Of a stretch of 47,047 bases of DNA, positions 7,351-15,699 are shown in pieces. The translations under genes and the position numbers were made by a program. The notes under the pieces were generated by a model, which was not told where the DNA came from, ran no database searches, and saw nothing but the letters and a program-made list of their open reading frames with translations. Position 1 is the first letter of the stretch; the number at the start of each line of letters is the position of its first letter. Source of the stretch: an uncultured Candidatus Saccharibacteria bacterium (GTDB lineage Bacteria; Patescibacteriota; Minisyncoccia; Phycocordibacterales; WO2-35-19); assembly GCA_964534305.1 (NCBI GenBank), contig CAZHPR010000004.1, positions 1,980 to 49,026 of the forward strand, written 5' to 3'.

Positions 7351-7755
7351 ATGTTAAATCCATTTCCAGAACTACTCGTATATTCAATGATCGCCCCTTT
7401 TATACTTAGGGTTGTTGTTGGTTTTATCTTTATAGACTTAGGCATCCTGCTTTTCAAAGGAGAGAAGCAAAGATGGATACTTTCTCTACAAACTCTAAGA
7501 GTTCCAAACCCAAAAATTGTAGTAAAGATTATCGGAATAATAGAGATTGCTGGTGGCGTTGCCCTCTTGGTCGGTGCCTACACCCAAATTGCAGCTCTTG
7601 TACTCGCTCTACTTAATTTCATAGAAACATATATTGAATACAAAAATCCAGAAGTAATAAAGAGGACTTTTGTTTTTTATGCATTAATATTTGCAATAAC
7701 CCTCTCACTTCTCTTCTCCGGCGCCGGCGCCTTTGCATTTGACCTCCCGCTATAA
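7351..7755 (+). CDS. DoxX-family membrane protein
   Basis: The start is taken at the internal ATG 7351 (MLNPFPELLVY...), because the longer ORF overlaps the trmH-family gene on the opposite strand. It has four hydrophobic helices and a DoxX-like pattern (ILRVVVGFIFIDLG...IEIAGGVALLVG). Confidence 0.6.
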   Translation: MLNPFPELLVYSMIAPFILRVVVGFIFIDLGILLFKGEKQRWILSLQTLRVPNPKIVVKIIGIIEIAGGVALLVGAYTQIAALVLALLNFIETYIEYKNPEVIKRTFVFYALIFAITLSLLFSGAGAFAFDLPL

Positions 7756-7806
7756 AAACTATAACTTTGATTTTTAGTATTTTTGTGTTAGATTATTTTG
7801 GTATTT

Positions 7807-7879
7807 GCGCCCGTAGCTCAGTCGGTAGAGCAGCTCCCTTTTAAGGAGATGGTCGAAGGTTCGATTCCTTCCGGGCGCA
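7807..7879 (+). tRNA. tRNA-Lys (anticodon UUU)
   Basis: Manual cloverleaf: GCGCCCG TA GCTC AGTCGGTA GAGC A GCTCC CTTTTAA GGAGA TGGTC GAAGG TTCGATT CCTTC CGGGCGC A. Length is 73 nt. Confidence 0.9.
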
Positions 7880-7906
7880 CAAAAATTTGTGCAACACAAT
7901 TTTTAT

Positions 7907-8055
7907 GCGCCCGAGCAAGCAAGCTGCTTTGCTTGCGGGGAGGAATCGAACGGCGGAGTATAAAATTTTGACCACAAAATTTTACGAGCCGGTGCCCAGA
8001 CAAATTTTGCGGGTAGCAAAATTTAGTCGAGGGAGATACTCCTTCCGGGCGCACA
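7907..8055 (+). other. tRNA-Lys-derived remnant / tRNA-like element
   Basis: It starts with the same 5' acceptor arm, GCGCCCG. It ends with a 16-nt perfect copy of the tRNA-Lys 3' end (TCCTTCCGGGCGCACA: 7866-7881 and 8040-8055). It contains an inverted T-arm-like GGAGGAATCGAAC and an 8-bp hairpin GCAAGCAA/TTGCTTGC. No canonical D or anticodon arm could be drawn. Confidence 0.5.
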
Positions 8056-8150
8056 GCGTTAAGAAAAATCTGCACTGCTGAATATTTTTAAAAGAAAACC
8101 GGGTGCACCCGTAGGCAACCCGATTCATCTTTTCGAACTTGTTTTGTGCT

Positions 8151-8585
8151 CTAGTTTTTGCGAGCAATGAATTCCTTGGCTTCTTCCAGTGTAGCAGGTC
8201 TACGGTGACCATAAGGATCATTTAGGCAAACAACCCATCTAGTGCAGCCACCAAGACAAATGGTCATTATTCCAGACTGGTCATGAGGACACCGATCCCC
8301 GACACCAATTCCTTCTGGTATTTTGTATTCTTCTGGTTTTTGAGTACCACCCTGATCGTTGAGTAAACTCTCCGTAACTGACTTCCTCTTGAATATCCGT
8401 CCTAAGGGAGATGCATATTCGAGGAGTATAAAATAAACCAATAAAACGGACGGGACCACACAAACTAACCCAGACACGAAGTAGAGAATCCCGTACGGAA
8501 AACCAAGCTCAAAAACTCTGTGCCAAATGGCAATGTTGCCAAAAAGCAAACCAAAAACAACCAAGATCAGAAAAACAAAAGTCAC
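8151..8585 (-). CDS. Hypothetical membrane protein with a Cys-containing C-terminal domain
   Basis: Two to three N-terminal hydrophobic helices, and a C-terminal CPHD...CLGGCTRWVVC cluster. A hairpin plus T-run lies just downstream on the - strand (about 8110-8140). Confidence 0.5.
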   Translation of the reverse strand: MTFVFLILVVFGLLFGNIAIWHRVFELGFPYGILYFVSGLVCVVPSVLLVYFILLEYASPLGRIFKRKSVTESLLNDQGGTQKPEEYKIPEGIGVGDRCPHDQSGIMTICLGGCTRWVVCLNDPYGHRRPATLEEAKEFIARKN

Positions 8586-8630
8586 AGCAAAGCCCCTTTC
8601 TGTTTTATATATAATATACTATCTTAGTTA

Positions 8631-9068
8631 TTACAACCCCAACAACACCTTCTCCAACGCAACATCGAGCTCCTCACCCCCCATACGAGCCTTGTGATAA
8701 ATTTCTACAAGTTTAGAGTAAGTTTTTTCTAGTTCCCCCTCCTTCCAGTTCTTGGCGTCCCACTTCGCCTTTTTGTATACAAAAGGATGCATAGTCGTCT
8801 CTTCCTGTTTTTCTTTGCTAGCAATTATTATGTCTCGCACCTTACCGAGGGCTCTTGCATGAAGCTCTTCACTCTCGCCACCTTGAAGCCTCGCTACTGT
8901 ATACTCTATCCAAGATTCTTTCGCTGATTTTTTGCCCACAGCATCAGCAATAGCAAAAGGATTGTAAGCTTCTTTTTTTCTCGGTTCTTTTGTTTGAGTC
9001 TCCTCCTCCCCTTCTAACCACTCATCAAAGACCCCCTCATATTGTTTAAACAAATTTTGCTGATCCAT
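8631..9068 (-). CDS. Hypothetical acidic cytoplasmic protein
   Basis: 145-aa ORF, same strand and closely spaced with polA. No recognisable motif. Confidence 0.45.
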   Translation of the reverse strand: MDQQNLFKQYEGVFDEWLEGEEETQTKEPRKKEAYNPFAIADAVGKKSAKESWIEYTVARLQGGESEELHARALGKVRDIIIASKEKQEETTMHPFVYKKAKWDAKNWKEGELEKTYSKLVEIYHKARMGGEELDVALEKVLLGL

Positions 9069-9075
9069 ATTTTTA

Positions 9076-11454
9076 CTATTTCATATTACCCCAGTTGTCA
9101 CCCAGGCTACTATTTACCACAATCGGTACTCCTAGGGTTTCTTCTTTAGTCAGCGCCGTTTCCATTATTGATTTTATCTTCGGTATCACTTCTTCCACAA
9201 CACTATTATCAACCTCATAAATAATTTCATCATGTATTTGAAGTATCAGATTCACTTTTTCTCGCAAACCATTACTTTCTACAAAATTATCTACATCTCG
9301 CATTGCAATCTTTGTAAGATCGGCACTTGTCCCTTGGATCGGAGCATTGATCGCCATCCTCTCAGAGGCAGCCTTTATAAAAGGTATCTTTGATTTTATA
9401 CCCTCAAAATATCTACGCCTACCAAAAAATGTTTTGGTAAAGCCAAGTCTCTCAGCCTCGACTTTTGTATTTTCCAAATACTCTGCCAGACCAGAAAAAG
9501 TCTCAAAGTATTTGTTGTAAAACTCCTGAGCCGTCTTCCTGTCGGTGCCGAGGTTTTGTTGCAAAGCGGTTACTCCCATACCATAAAGTATCCCGAAGTT
9601 TATCACCTTGGCCTGTCTCCTCATCTCCTTGGTCACATCCTCTTCTTTTACATTATAAACCTCACTTGCCACCGCCGAATGCACGTCCTTACCGCTTTTA
9701 AATATTTCTACAAGTTTTTTGTCTTTTGATAGGAAAGCAGCGATACGAAGTTCAACCTGAGAATAATCAAAAGCAACAAGTTTTTTGTCTTTATCAGCAA
9801 CAAAGGCATTTCTTATCACTCTACCTCTCTCCGTACCGATTGGAATATTTTGTAAATTTGGATTTTGTGATGCCATCCTGCCCGTCGTACTCCCGGAGAG
9901 AACAAACCTCGCATGAAGCCTGTTATCAGTTCCTACGAGAGTTTGCATCGGCTCAAGATAGGTAGAAATAAGTTTTGATATTTCTCTGTACTCAAGGATT
10001 AGAGGTATGATCTGGTGAGTATCTTTGAGTTTTTCTAGCTCTGATTCTCTAGTAGATCGCGCTCCACCGGAAGTCTTTTTCAGATTCTTTGCATACAACC
10101 CCAATTTATCAAAAAGTATTTCTCCGAGCTGTTTTGGTGAAGAGATATTAAACTCTACTCCAGCTTCTTTCCAAATACTTTTTTCTATTACCCCAAGCTC
10201 CTTTTTGTATTTGTCTGCCAGACTTTTGATAAAGACGGTGTCTAGCTTTACCCCATACTCTTGCATCCTCCTTACAACCGGAATTAACGGTTTCTCTATT
10301 TGTTCAAAAACCTCCAAACTTTCTCTTCTTTTTAATTCTTCAAAAACAACCTCTCTCGCTTCTTTAAAGTTTTTTGTGTTGGCAAAGTTTAGTATATCCT
10401 CTAGTTTGGGATCTGTTATGTTTGAGTCGGCAACCCAAAGAGCTAGAGAAGTTTCGGCTATCTCATCTTCTTTTATGTCTTCTTGTGTTTGTTCCTGTAT
10501 TTCTCTACCGTTCTTTTTTAGCACCTCTTGAAGTTTGCTGAGCATATTACGAAACTGCAATTCTCCAAAGAGTCTCTGGGCTTTATCTAGATCAATACCT
10601 TCTTTCCAACTTTTTTCTGGTAACTCAAAGTTGATCGGGGCATCTTTTCTTATTGTCGCAAGCATTTCACTAAACCTTGCCTCTTCTTCCCCTTCTTTGA
10701 GCAATTCAACAATCCTTTTCTTTATCCCCTTTTTTATAAAAACATCTTCATCTTTTTTAAGGGTTTTGTATATATTTTCAATGCTACCAAAATTGACTAT
10801 CAAATCTGTTGCTGATTTTTCTCCAATACCCTCTATGCCGATTATGTTGTCAGAAGGGTCTCCCCGCAAACCTTTAAAACTTGGCAAAAGCTTCGGTCCA
10901 AAACCAAACCTTTCTATCACCGCCTTCTCATCATAGAGAATCGTATCGTTCAAACCTTTTTTCAAAGTGTAAACCCGAACCTTATCATCATCTACCAGTT
11001 GCATCGTGTCCATATCCCCCGAGGCGATTATAATCTCTATCTCTTTATCCAATCGATCTTTGAGTTCTTCAACTATCGTCCCTAGGATATCATCAGCTTC
11101 AAATCCAGGATGAGAATAGATAGGGATACCGAGAGCGGTGCAAACATTTTTTGATTTTTCCATTTGAGAAACAAGCTCTGGATCAGACTTGGCTCTGCCG
11201 GCCTTGTAGTTTTCGTACACTTCGTGCCTATAGGTCGGCTTGGGCAAATCGTAACAAGCAATAATATGATCTGGTTTAAGATCAGAGGCAATCTTGAGTA
11301 TCATTGTAGAAAGTCCATAAAGAGCCCCAGTCGGCTCTCCGCTACTAGTCGCAAAGTCAGGCAGAGCGTGGTAGGCCCGATGCAAAATCGCATGGGCATC
11401 AAGTAATACCAGCCTCTCCTTAATACTTTTTGCGTTTTTAGAAGTCTTTACCAT
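9076..11454 (-). CDS. polA: DNA polymerase I (5'-3' exonuclease + polymerase domains)
   Basis: The N-terminal FEN domain shows LLDAHAILHRAYHA and GIEGIGEKSA. The polymerase domain shows motif A (LVAFDYSQVELRI), motif B (RRQAKVINFGILYGM) and motif C (LQIHDEIIYE). The start is taken at ATG 11454; the ORF track's TTG at 11469 is also possible. Confidence 0.9.
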   Translation of the reverse strand: MVKTSKNAKSIKERLVLLDAHAILHRAYHALPDFATSSGEPTGALYGLSTMILKIASDLKPDHIIACYDLPKPTYRHEVYENYKAGRAKSDPELVSQMEKSKNVCTALGIPIYSHPGFEADDILGTIVEELKDRLDKEIEIIIASGDMDTMQLVDDDKVRVYTLKKGLNDTILYDEKAVIERFGFGPKLLPSFKGLRGDPSDNIIGIEGIGEKSATDLIVNFGSIENIYKTLKKDEDVFIKKGIKKRIVELLKEGEEEARFSEMLATIRKDAPINFELPEKSWKEGIDLDKAQRLFGELQFRNMLSKLQEVLKKNGREIQEQTQEDIKEDEIAETSLALWVADSNITDPKLEDILNFANTKNFKEAREVVFEELKRRESLEVFEQIEKPLIPVVRRMQEYGVKLDTVFIKSLADKYKKELGVIEKSIWKEAGVEFNISSPKQLGEILFDKLGLYAKNLKKTSGGARSTRESELEKLKDTHQIIPLILEYREISKLISTYLEPMQTLVGTDNRLHARFVLSGSTTGRMASQNPNLQNIPIGTERGRVIRNAFVADKDKKLVAFDYSQVELRIAAFLSKDKKLVEIFKSGKDVHSAVASEVYNVKEEDVTKEMRRQAKVINFGILYGMGVTALQQNLGTDRKTAQEFYNKYFETFSGLAEYLENTKVEAERLGFTKTFFGRRRYFEGIKSKIPFIKAASERMAINAPIQGTSADLTKIAMRDVDNFVESNGLREKVNLILQIHDEIIYEVDNSVVEEVIPKIKSIMETALTKEETLGVPIVVNSSLGDNWGNMK

Positions 11455-11530
11455 ACCTACAATATACAACCATAATAGCGAATTAAGAAGTATGATTTAT
11501 GAATTATGAAAAAAATTAATTCTTCATTCA

Positions 11531-11989
11531 TTATTCATAATTCAACACGATTTTTCTAGAATTTTCCGACACGTGTTCAAATTTTATATTTATATAATTA
11601 CTTGGAAGAATCTCACTTACTTTCTCCGGCCATTCTATACAAATTATGTTGTCTCTGTTCTCTGCTATTTCTTTCCACCCAAGTTTTAAGAGGTCTTCCC
11701 CACTCTCCAGACGATAAGCGTCTATATGAATTAATTTTTTGAATGCCCCTCCCCCAGCCCCCTCCCCGAAGGGGAGGGGGTAGCTTTTCATAATCACAAA
11801 AGTCGGACTCTGGATTGTTTCCTCTACCCCAAGTGCTTCTGCAAAAGCTTTCATAAAGGTAGTCTTGCCCGCTCCAAGCTCACCCGATAATCCTATTACC
11901 AAAGCGCCATTTTCTTTTTGTTTTAGAGTATCCAATAACCTCTTAGCGACACTTGATGTTTCTTCTACTGAATTTGATGTGTATTGCAT
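11531..11989 (-). CDS. tsaE: tRNA t6A37 biosynthesis ATPase TsaE
   Basis: Walker A GELGAGKTTF, and SPTF...IHIDAYRL as in TsaE/YjeE. It carries an extra PLPFGEGAGGGAF segment encoded by a GC-rich repeat. Confidence 0.85.
   Translation of the reverse strand: MQYTSNSVEETSSVAKRLLDTLKQKENGALVIGLSGELGAGKTTFMKAFAEALGVEETIQSPTFVIMKSYPLPFGEGAGGGAFKKLIHIDAYRLESGEDLLKLGWKEIAENRDNIICIEWPEKVSEILPSNYINIKFEHVSENSRKIVLNYE
11745..11784 (-). repeat. GC-rich hairpin repeat, solo copy, in frame inside tsaE
   Basis: The - strand reads CCCCCTCCCC-TTC-GGGGAGGGGG followed by CTGGGGGAGGGGC. This is the same hairpin-plus-TTGGGG.GGG-tail layout as the other copies. Confidence 0.8.
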
Positions 11990-12070
11990 ATAAATAATCT
12001 ACCATAAAATTTTATACATAAACGAAAACCGCCGGGGTTGCTGGCATTGCCTAGCAAACCCCGGCGGTTA

Positions 12071-12520
12071 TTACCAAACCCCATTTCCTCCAACCGCCCA
12101 GATCTCTGAGGTAGAGAAGCTTGGGTTCACAGTAAAAATACGTGAACCTATTGCAATTGACTGTCCCGGGCTACACCTCATCACAACACTAACAGATGAC
12201 GGACACACAGATTTCACGGTTGCCGTCACTTGCGTAGTATACGCAAAAGAGTGGTACCCGAATATCATATGACTATGCGGCTTGATAACCGCTTTTGGGA
12301 CCAACTCTCCCGTATCAACACGAGTGCGAAATGGGTATGTATCGTCGTAATACTCCAGTTCCATGTTTGTGTTGTTTGCGACAGTCAACCTCACATTTGA
12401 GGCTGGACCAACCCCAAGACTAAATGACGGTCGACGCCCCTGTACACCAGATCCAGTCACGCTCATCATACAACCTGTGCTAATGAGCGAAAGCAAAAAT
12501 ACAAAAATCACGTTTTTCAT
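12071..12520 (-). CDS. Putative lipoprotein
   Basis: Signal peptide with a lipobox-like LISTGC. Length is 149 aa. Confidence 0.5.
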   Translation of the reverse strand: MKNVIFVFLLSLISTGCMMSVTGSGVQGRRPSFSLGVGPASNVRLTVANNTNMELEYYDDTYPFRTRVDTGELVPKAVIKPHSHMIFGYHSFAYTTQVTATVKSVCPSSVSVVMRCSPGQSIAIGSRIFTVNPSFSTSEIWAVGGNGVW

Positions 12521-12581
12521 AGTACATTCTCCTCCCTATATTATATCATAATTGAATATAAAAAGCAAGCACTGTTTCTTG

Positions 12582-12618
12582 CCCCTCCCTTAATATAAGG
12601 GAGGGTTTGGGGTGGGTT
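12582..12618 (+). repeat. GC-rich hairpin repeat, solo copy
   Basis: CCCTCCCTTA-ATA-TAAGGGAGGG followed by TTTGGGGTGGGTT. Confidence 0.8.
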
Positions 12619-12663
12619 ATAAAAATAAGGATAGTTAGGGGTGGGGTGTGTTATAATTTTCAT

Positions 12664-14340
12664 ATGGTTGTAAATTTCAACGAAGATAAACAGAGACAAA
12701 AATTGGAAGACTTGCGAGAGAGAGAAGAAGAGAGCCTCGCAGAGATGATGTCTTCCAAGTATGGTCTCCCTTATATAGACCTGTCGGTCTCTCCTGTGAA
12801 CATAGATGCCCTTAGAGTAGTCAAAGAAGTTGAGGCCAGAGAAGCAGAAGTTGCCCCATTCAACATAATCAACAAAAAAATTTCTATTGGGATAATCTCT
12901 CCCAACAATTCAAAAACGACTGCTGTAATAGAAGATCTAAAATCAAGAGGTTATCTACCAGTAGTTTATATGGTATCGCACCAGAGTTTGGAAAAAGTTT
13001 GGAGTCGATACAAAGATTTGTCATACTCTCTAGAAACAAAAAGTGGTGCCCTCGATATATCCAATGACGATATTCAAGATCTGATAAAAAAAGTCAAAGA
13101 CATCGGAGATATAAAGTCTTCGATAGAGGAAATCTTGGCACAAAAAAAGAGCTACCGAATATCAAGAATACTAGAAGTAATACTCGCTGGAGCTATTGCC
13201 GTCAATGCCTCAGATATTCACATAGAGCCAGAAGACAGGAGTGTTCGTCTTCGTTTTAGACTTGATGGAGTTTTAAATGATATCCTGGCTTTTGACACCC
13301 AAACATTTAGCCTTTTGTTATCAAGGATAAAATTAACATCAAACTTAAAATTAAATGTTAAAGGCAAAGCACAGGACGGAAGATTTAGTATAAAACTCGG
13401 AGATATAGAAATAGAAATCAGAACTTCTCTACTACCAGGCAATTATGGTGAGTCGGTAGTGCTTAGGGTACTCAATCCAAACGCAATAGGAGTACCCCTA
13501 GAAGATCTTGGTATCCAAGAAGATTTGCTTCAAATACTGATGCGAGAACTAAAAAAACCAAACGGCATGATCCTAAACACAGGACCAACCGGAAGCGGAA
13601 AGACAACCACCCTGTATGCCTTTATGAAAAAGATTTATAGTCCTGGAATAAAAATAATCACGATTGAAAATCCGATTGAATATCACCTCAAAGGGGTAGT
13701 CCAGACTCAAACAGATGAATCGGCTGGGTACACCTTCCTAGAAGGTTTGCGGAGTGCCCTGCGACAAGATCCGGATGTGATAATGGTTGGAGAAATTAGA
13801 GATAGCGAAACAGCCGAGATCGCAGTCAATGCAGCACTCACCGGTCACCTCGTGTTTTCAACCCTTCACACCAACAACGCTGCTGGTACCTTCCCTAGAC
13901 TTATAGACCTCGGAGTAAATCCAAAAGTTATAACCTCCGCTGTAAACATCGCAATGGCTCAAAGACTGGTGAGAAAGCTTTGTACAAAGTGTAGGGAAAA
14001 AATAGAGCCAACTAGCAAAGAAAAGGAGCTGGTAGAAAGCACCCTCAGCCAAATAAAAAACACCAAACTGACTTCTGGTTTAAATACAGCAGATATTTAT
14101 GGCCCTGTCGGTTGTAGTGAGTGCAATTTTACCGGCTTTAATGGTAGAACCGGCATCTATGAAGCAATCCTCACGGATGAAAAGGTAGAAATGGTAGTAA
14201 AAGAAAACCCAAGCGAGAGAGAAATAGAAAAAGTCTCAAAAGATCAGGGTATTTTAAACATGAAGCAAGACGGTATCATCAAGGTTCTCAAAGGTATCAC
14301 TTCCCTAGACGAGCTAGGTAGGGTGATAGATCTAGATTAA
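12664..14340 (+). CDS. pilB: GspE/PilB-family type II/IV secretion (type IV pilus assembly) ATPase
   Basis: Walker A GPTGSGKTTT, Asp boxes, Walker B DPDVIMVGEIRD and a His box LTGHLVFSTLHTN. A tetracysteine cluster is present (CTKC...CSEC). The start is taken at ATG 12664, because the upstream part of the ORF is read-through of the GC repeat. Confidence 0.9.
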   Translation: MVVNFNEDKQRQKLEDLREREEESLAEMMSSKYGLPYIDLSVSPVNIDALRVVKEVEAREAEVAPFNIINKKISIGIISPNNSKTTAVIEDLKSRGYLPVVYMVSHQSLEKVWSRYKDLSYSLETKSGALDISNDDIQDLIKKVKDIGDIKSSIEEILAQKKSYRISRILEVILAGAIAVNASDIHIEPEDRSVRLRFRLDGVLNDILAFDTQTFSLLLSRIKLTSNLKLNVKGKAQDGRFSIKLGDIEIEIRTSLLPGNYGESVVLRVLNPNAIGVPLEDLGIQEDLLQILMRELKKPNGMILNTGPTGSGKTTTLYAFMKKIYSPGIKIITIENPIEYHLKGVVQTQTDESAGYTFLEGLRSALRQDPDVIMVGEIRDSETAEIAVNAALTGHLVFSTLHTNNAAGTFPRLIDLGVNPKVITSAVNIAMAQRLVRKLCTKCREKIEPTSKEKELVESTLSQIKNTKLTSGLNTADIYGPVGCSECNFTGFNGRTGIYEAILTDEKVEMVVKENPSEREIEKVSKDQGILNMKQDGIIKVLKGITSLDELGRVIDLD

Positions 14341-14427
14341 GCAAAACAAAAGTAAATAATAAGAGTTATACACAAAATAAATTGAAGTAGAGAAGGTTTT
14401 GTGAATAATGAGGCTTAGAGATACGAA

Positions 14428-14600
14428 AATTGGGGGCAGAAATCTCTAAACGGCACTTTCAATAGTCATACCAAAAGCAAAACATTAGTCTAAGGATAGT
14501 ATCAGCACTTTTGTGCAAAAGCACAAAGACCAATACGTCCTCGATATAATATCTAAATCCGCATAAAGCGGATCGCCGTTTAGAGATTTTTACCCCCAAT
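14428..14600. other. 173-bp element closed by a 26-bp inverted repeat (candidate structured ncRNA or MITE)
   Basis: AATTGGGGGCAGAAATCTCTAAACGGC (14428-14454) pairs with GCCGTTTAGAGATTTTTACCCCCAAT (14575-14600), with one mismatch and one G-T pair. Internal hairpins are TTTGTGC-AAAA-GCACAAA and ATCCGC-ATAA-GCGGAT. Confidence 0.5.
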
Positions 14601-14685
14601 CCAAGATAAGTAAAACCCTGTTATTTTATACAGCAAAGTATTTAAATTTTCAAATTCATACAGAGTATATCATAAAACAATATTT

Positions 14686-15699
14686 ATGTCAAATATAGAT
14701 GACAAAACCTTAGAAAACAACGATTTTGAGTTTTTGGACAAAACCTTACGGCCATCAAAATGGGATGATTACATCGGACAAGAAAATATAAAGAAAAACC
14801 TCCAAATACTTCTTGATGCGGCCAGAGAAAGAGAACATCCCCCAGAACATCTCCTCTTCTACGGTCCGCCCGGACTTGGAAAAACCACCCTAGCTCATCT
14901 GATCGCAAAAGAATCCAATTCTCAAATGAAAACCACTTCTGGCCCAGCCATAGAAAGGGTTGGTGATCTTGCTTCAATACTTACAAATCTTTCTCCTGGA
15001 GATATTTTGTTTATCGATGAAATACACAGGTTAAACAAAAACATCGAAGAAGTCCTCTACCCCGCTATGGAATCTAGAGTTCTAGACATCATAATCGGCA
15101 AAGGCCCTTCAGCAAGAACCATCCAACTAGAACTTCCAAAATTTACACTGGTCGGCGCAACTACCAGGATCTCTCTCTTATCATCACCACTCAGAAGCAG
15201 GTTCTCAGGTGGTGTATTCAAACTAGAATTTTATAACGAAGATGAAATTGTTGAGATTATAAAAAGATCTTCAAAGATACTCGGATTAGATTTGGATAAT
15301 GATGCAGCAAAAGCAATCGGAGAAAGGAGCAGGTCAACACCGCGCACAGCAAATTATTTACTAAAAAGAGTTAGGGATTACGCCCAGGTACACAAAAGAG
15401 AGGTTGATAGAATCTTGGTCCATGAGGCTTTGGAGCTTTTGGGAGTAGACAGAATGGGCCTTAACCCTTCTGATATTTCTCTAATAAAAACGATTGCCGA
15501 AAAATTCTCTGGGGGCCCGGTAGGGCTAGGTACTCTTGCGGCATCCATGGCAGAAGAGGAGGCCACTATCGCAGAGTTCAACGAACCATACTTGCTCCAG
15601 ATAGGTTTTATAGAAAGGACACCTCGGGGACGTATCTTGACCCGTAACGCTTATACACATCTAAATTTAGAGTTCCTAGAACAAGATAAACTCTTATAA
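14686..15699 (+). CDS. ruvB: Holliday junction DNA helicase RuvB
   Basis: Walker A GPPGLGKTTLA, Walker B ILFIDEIHRL, and the sensor/arginine finger region TTRISLLSSPLRSRF. Confidence 0.95.
   Translation: MSNIDDKTLENNDFEFLDKTLRPSKWDDYIGQENIKKNLQILLDAAREREHPPEHLLFYGPPGLGKTTLAHLIAKESNSQMKTTSGPAIERVGDLASILTNLSPGDILFIDEIHRLNKNIEEVLYPAMESRVLDIIIGKGPSARTIQLELPKFTLVGATTRISLLSSPLRSRFSGGVFKLEFYNEDEIVEIIKRSSKILGLDLDNDAAKAIGERSRSTPRTANYLLKRVRDYAQVHKREVDRILVHEALELLGVDRMGLNPSDISLIKTIAEKFSGGPVGLGTLAASMAEEEATIAEFNEPYLLQIGFIERTPRGRILTRNAYTHLNLEFLEQDKLL

Noticed and set aside
7818-8221. ORFs 7818..8075 (-), 7887..8081 (+) and 7982..8221 (-)
   Set aside because: They overlap the tRNA-Lys gene and the tRNA-like remnant. 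They have no coding signature and are better explained as non-coding DNA.
9465-10936. Long + strand ORFs inside polA (for example 10025..10531 and 10535..10936), and similar antisense ORFs inside virB4, the VirB6-like gene, pcrA and tyrS
   Set aside because: These are Ser/Phe/Leu-rich antisense shadows of well-supported genes. Such shadows are typical of AT-rich coding DNA.
11470-11530. AT-rich imperfect palindrome between polA and tsaE (GAATTATGAA...TTCATAATTC), with a related word near 31665-31693
   Set aside because: It is probably an ordinary AT-rich terminator or promoter spacer. The similarity between the two sites is short and could be compositional.
12607-12663. N-terminal extension of the pilB ORF (MGWVIKIRIVRGGVCYNFH)
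   Set aside because: The extension is translation of the GC-rich repeat tail. The conserved GspE N-domain begins after the internal ATG at 12664.
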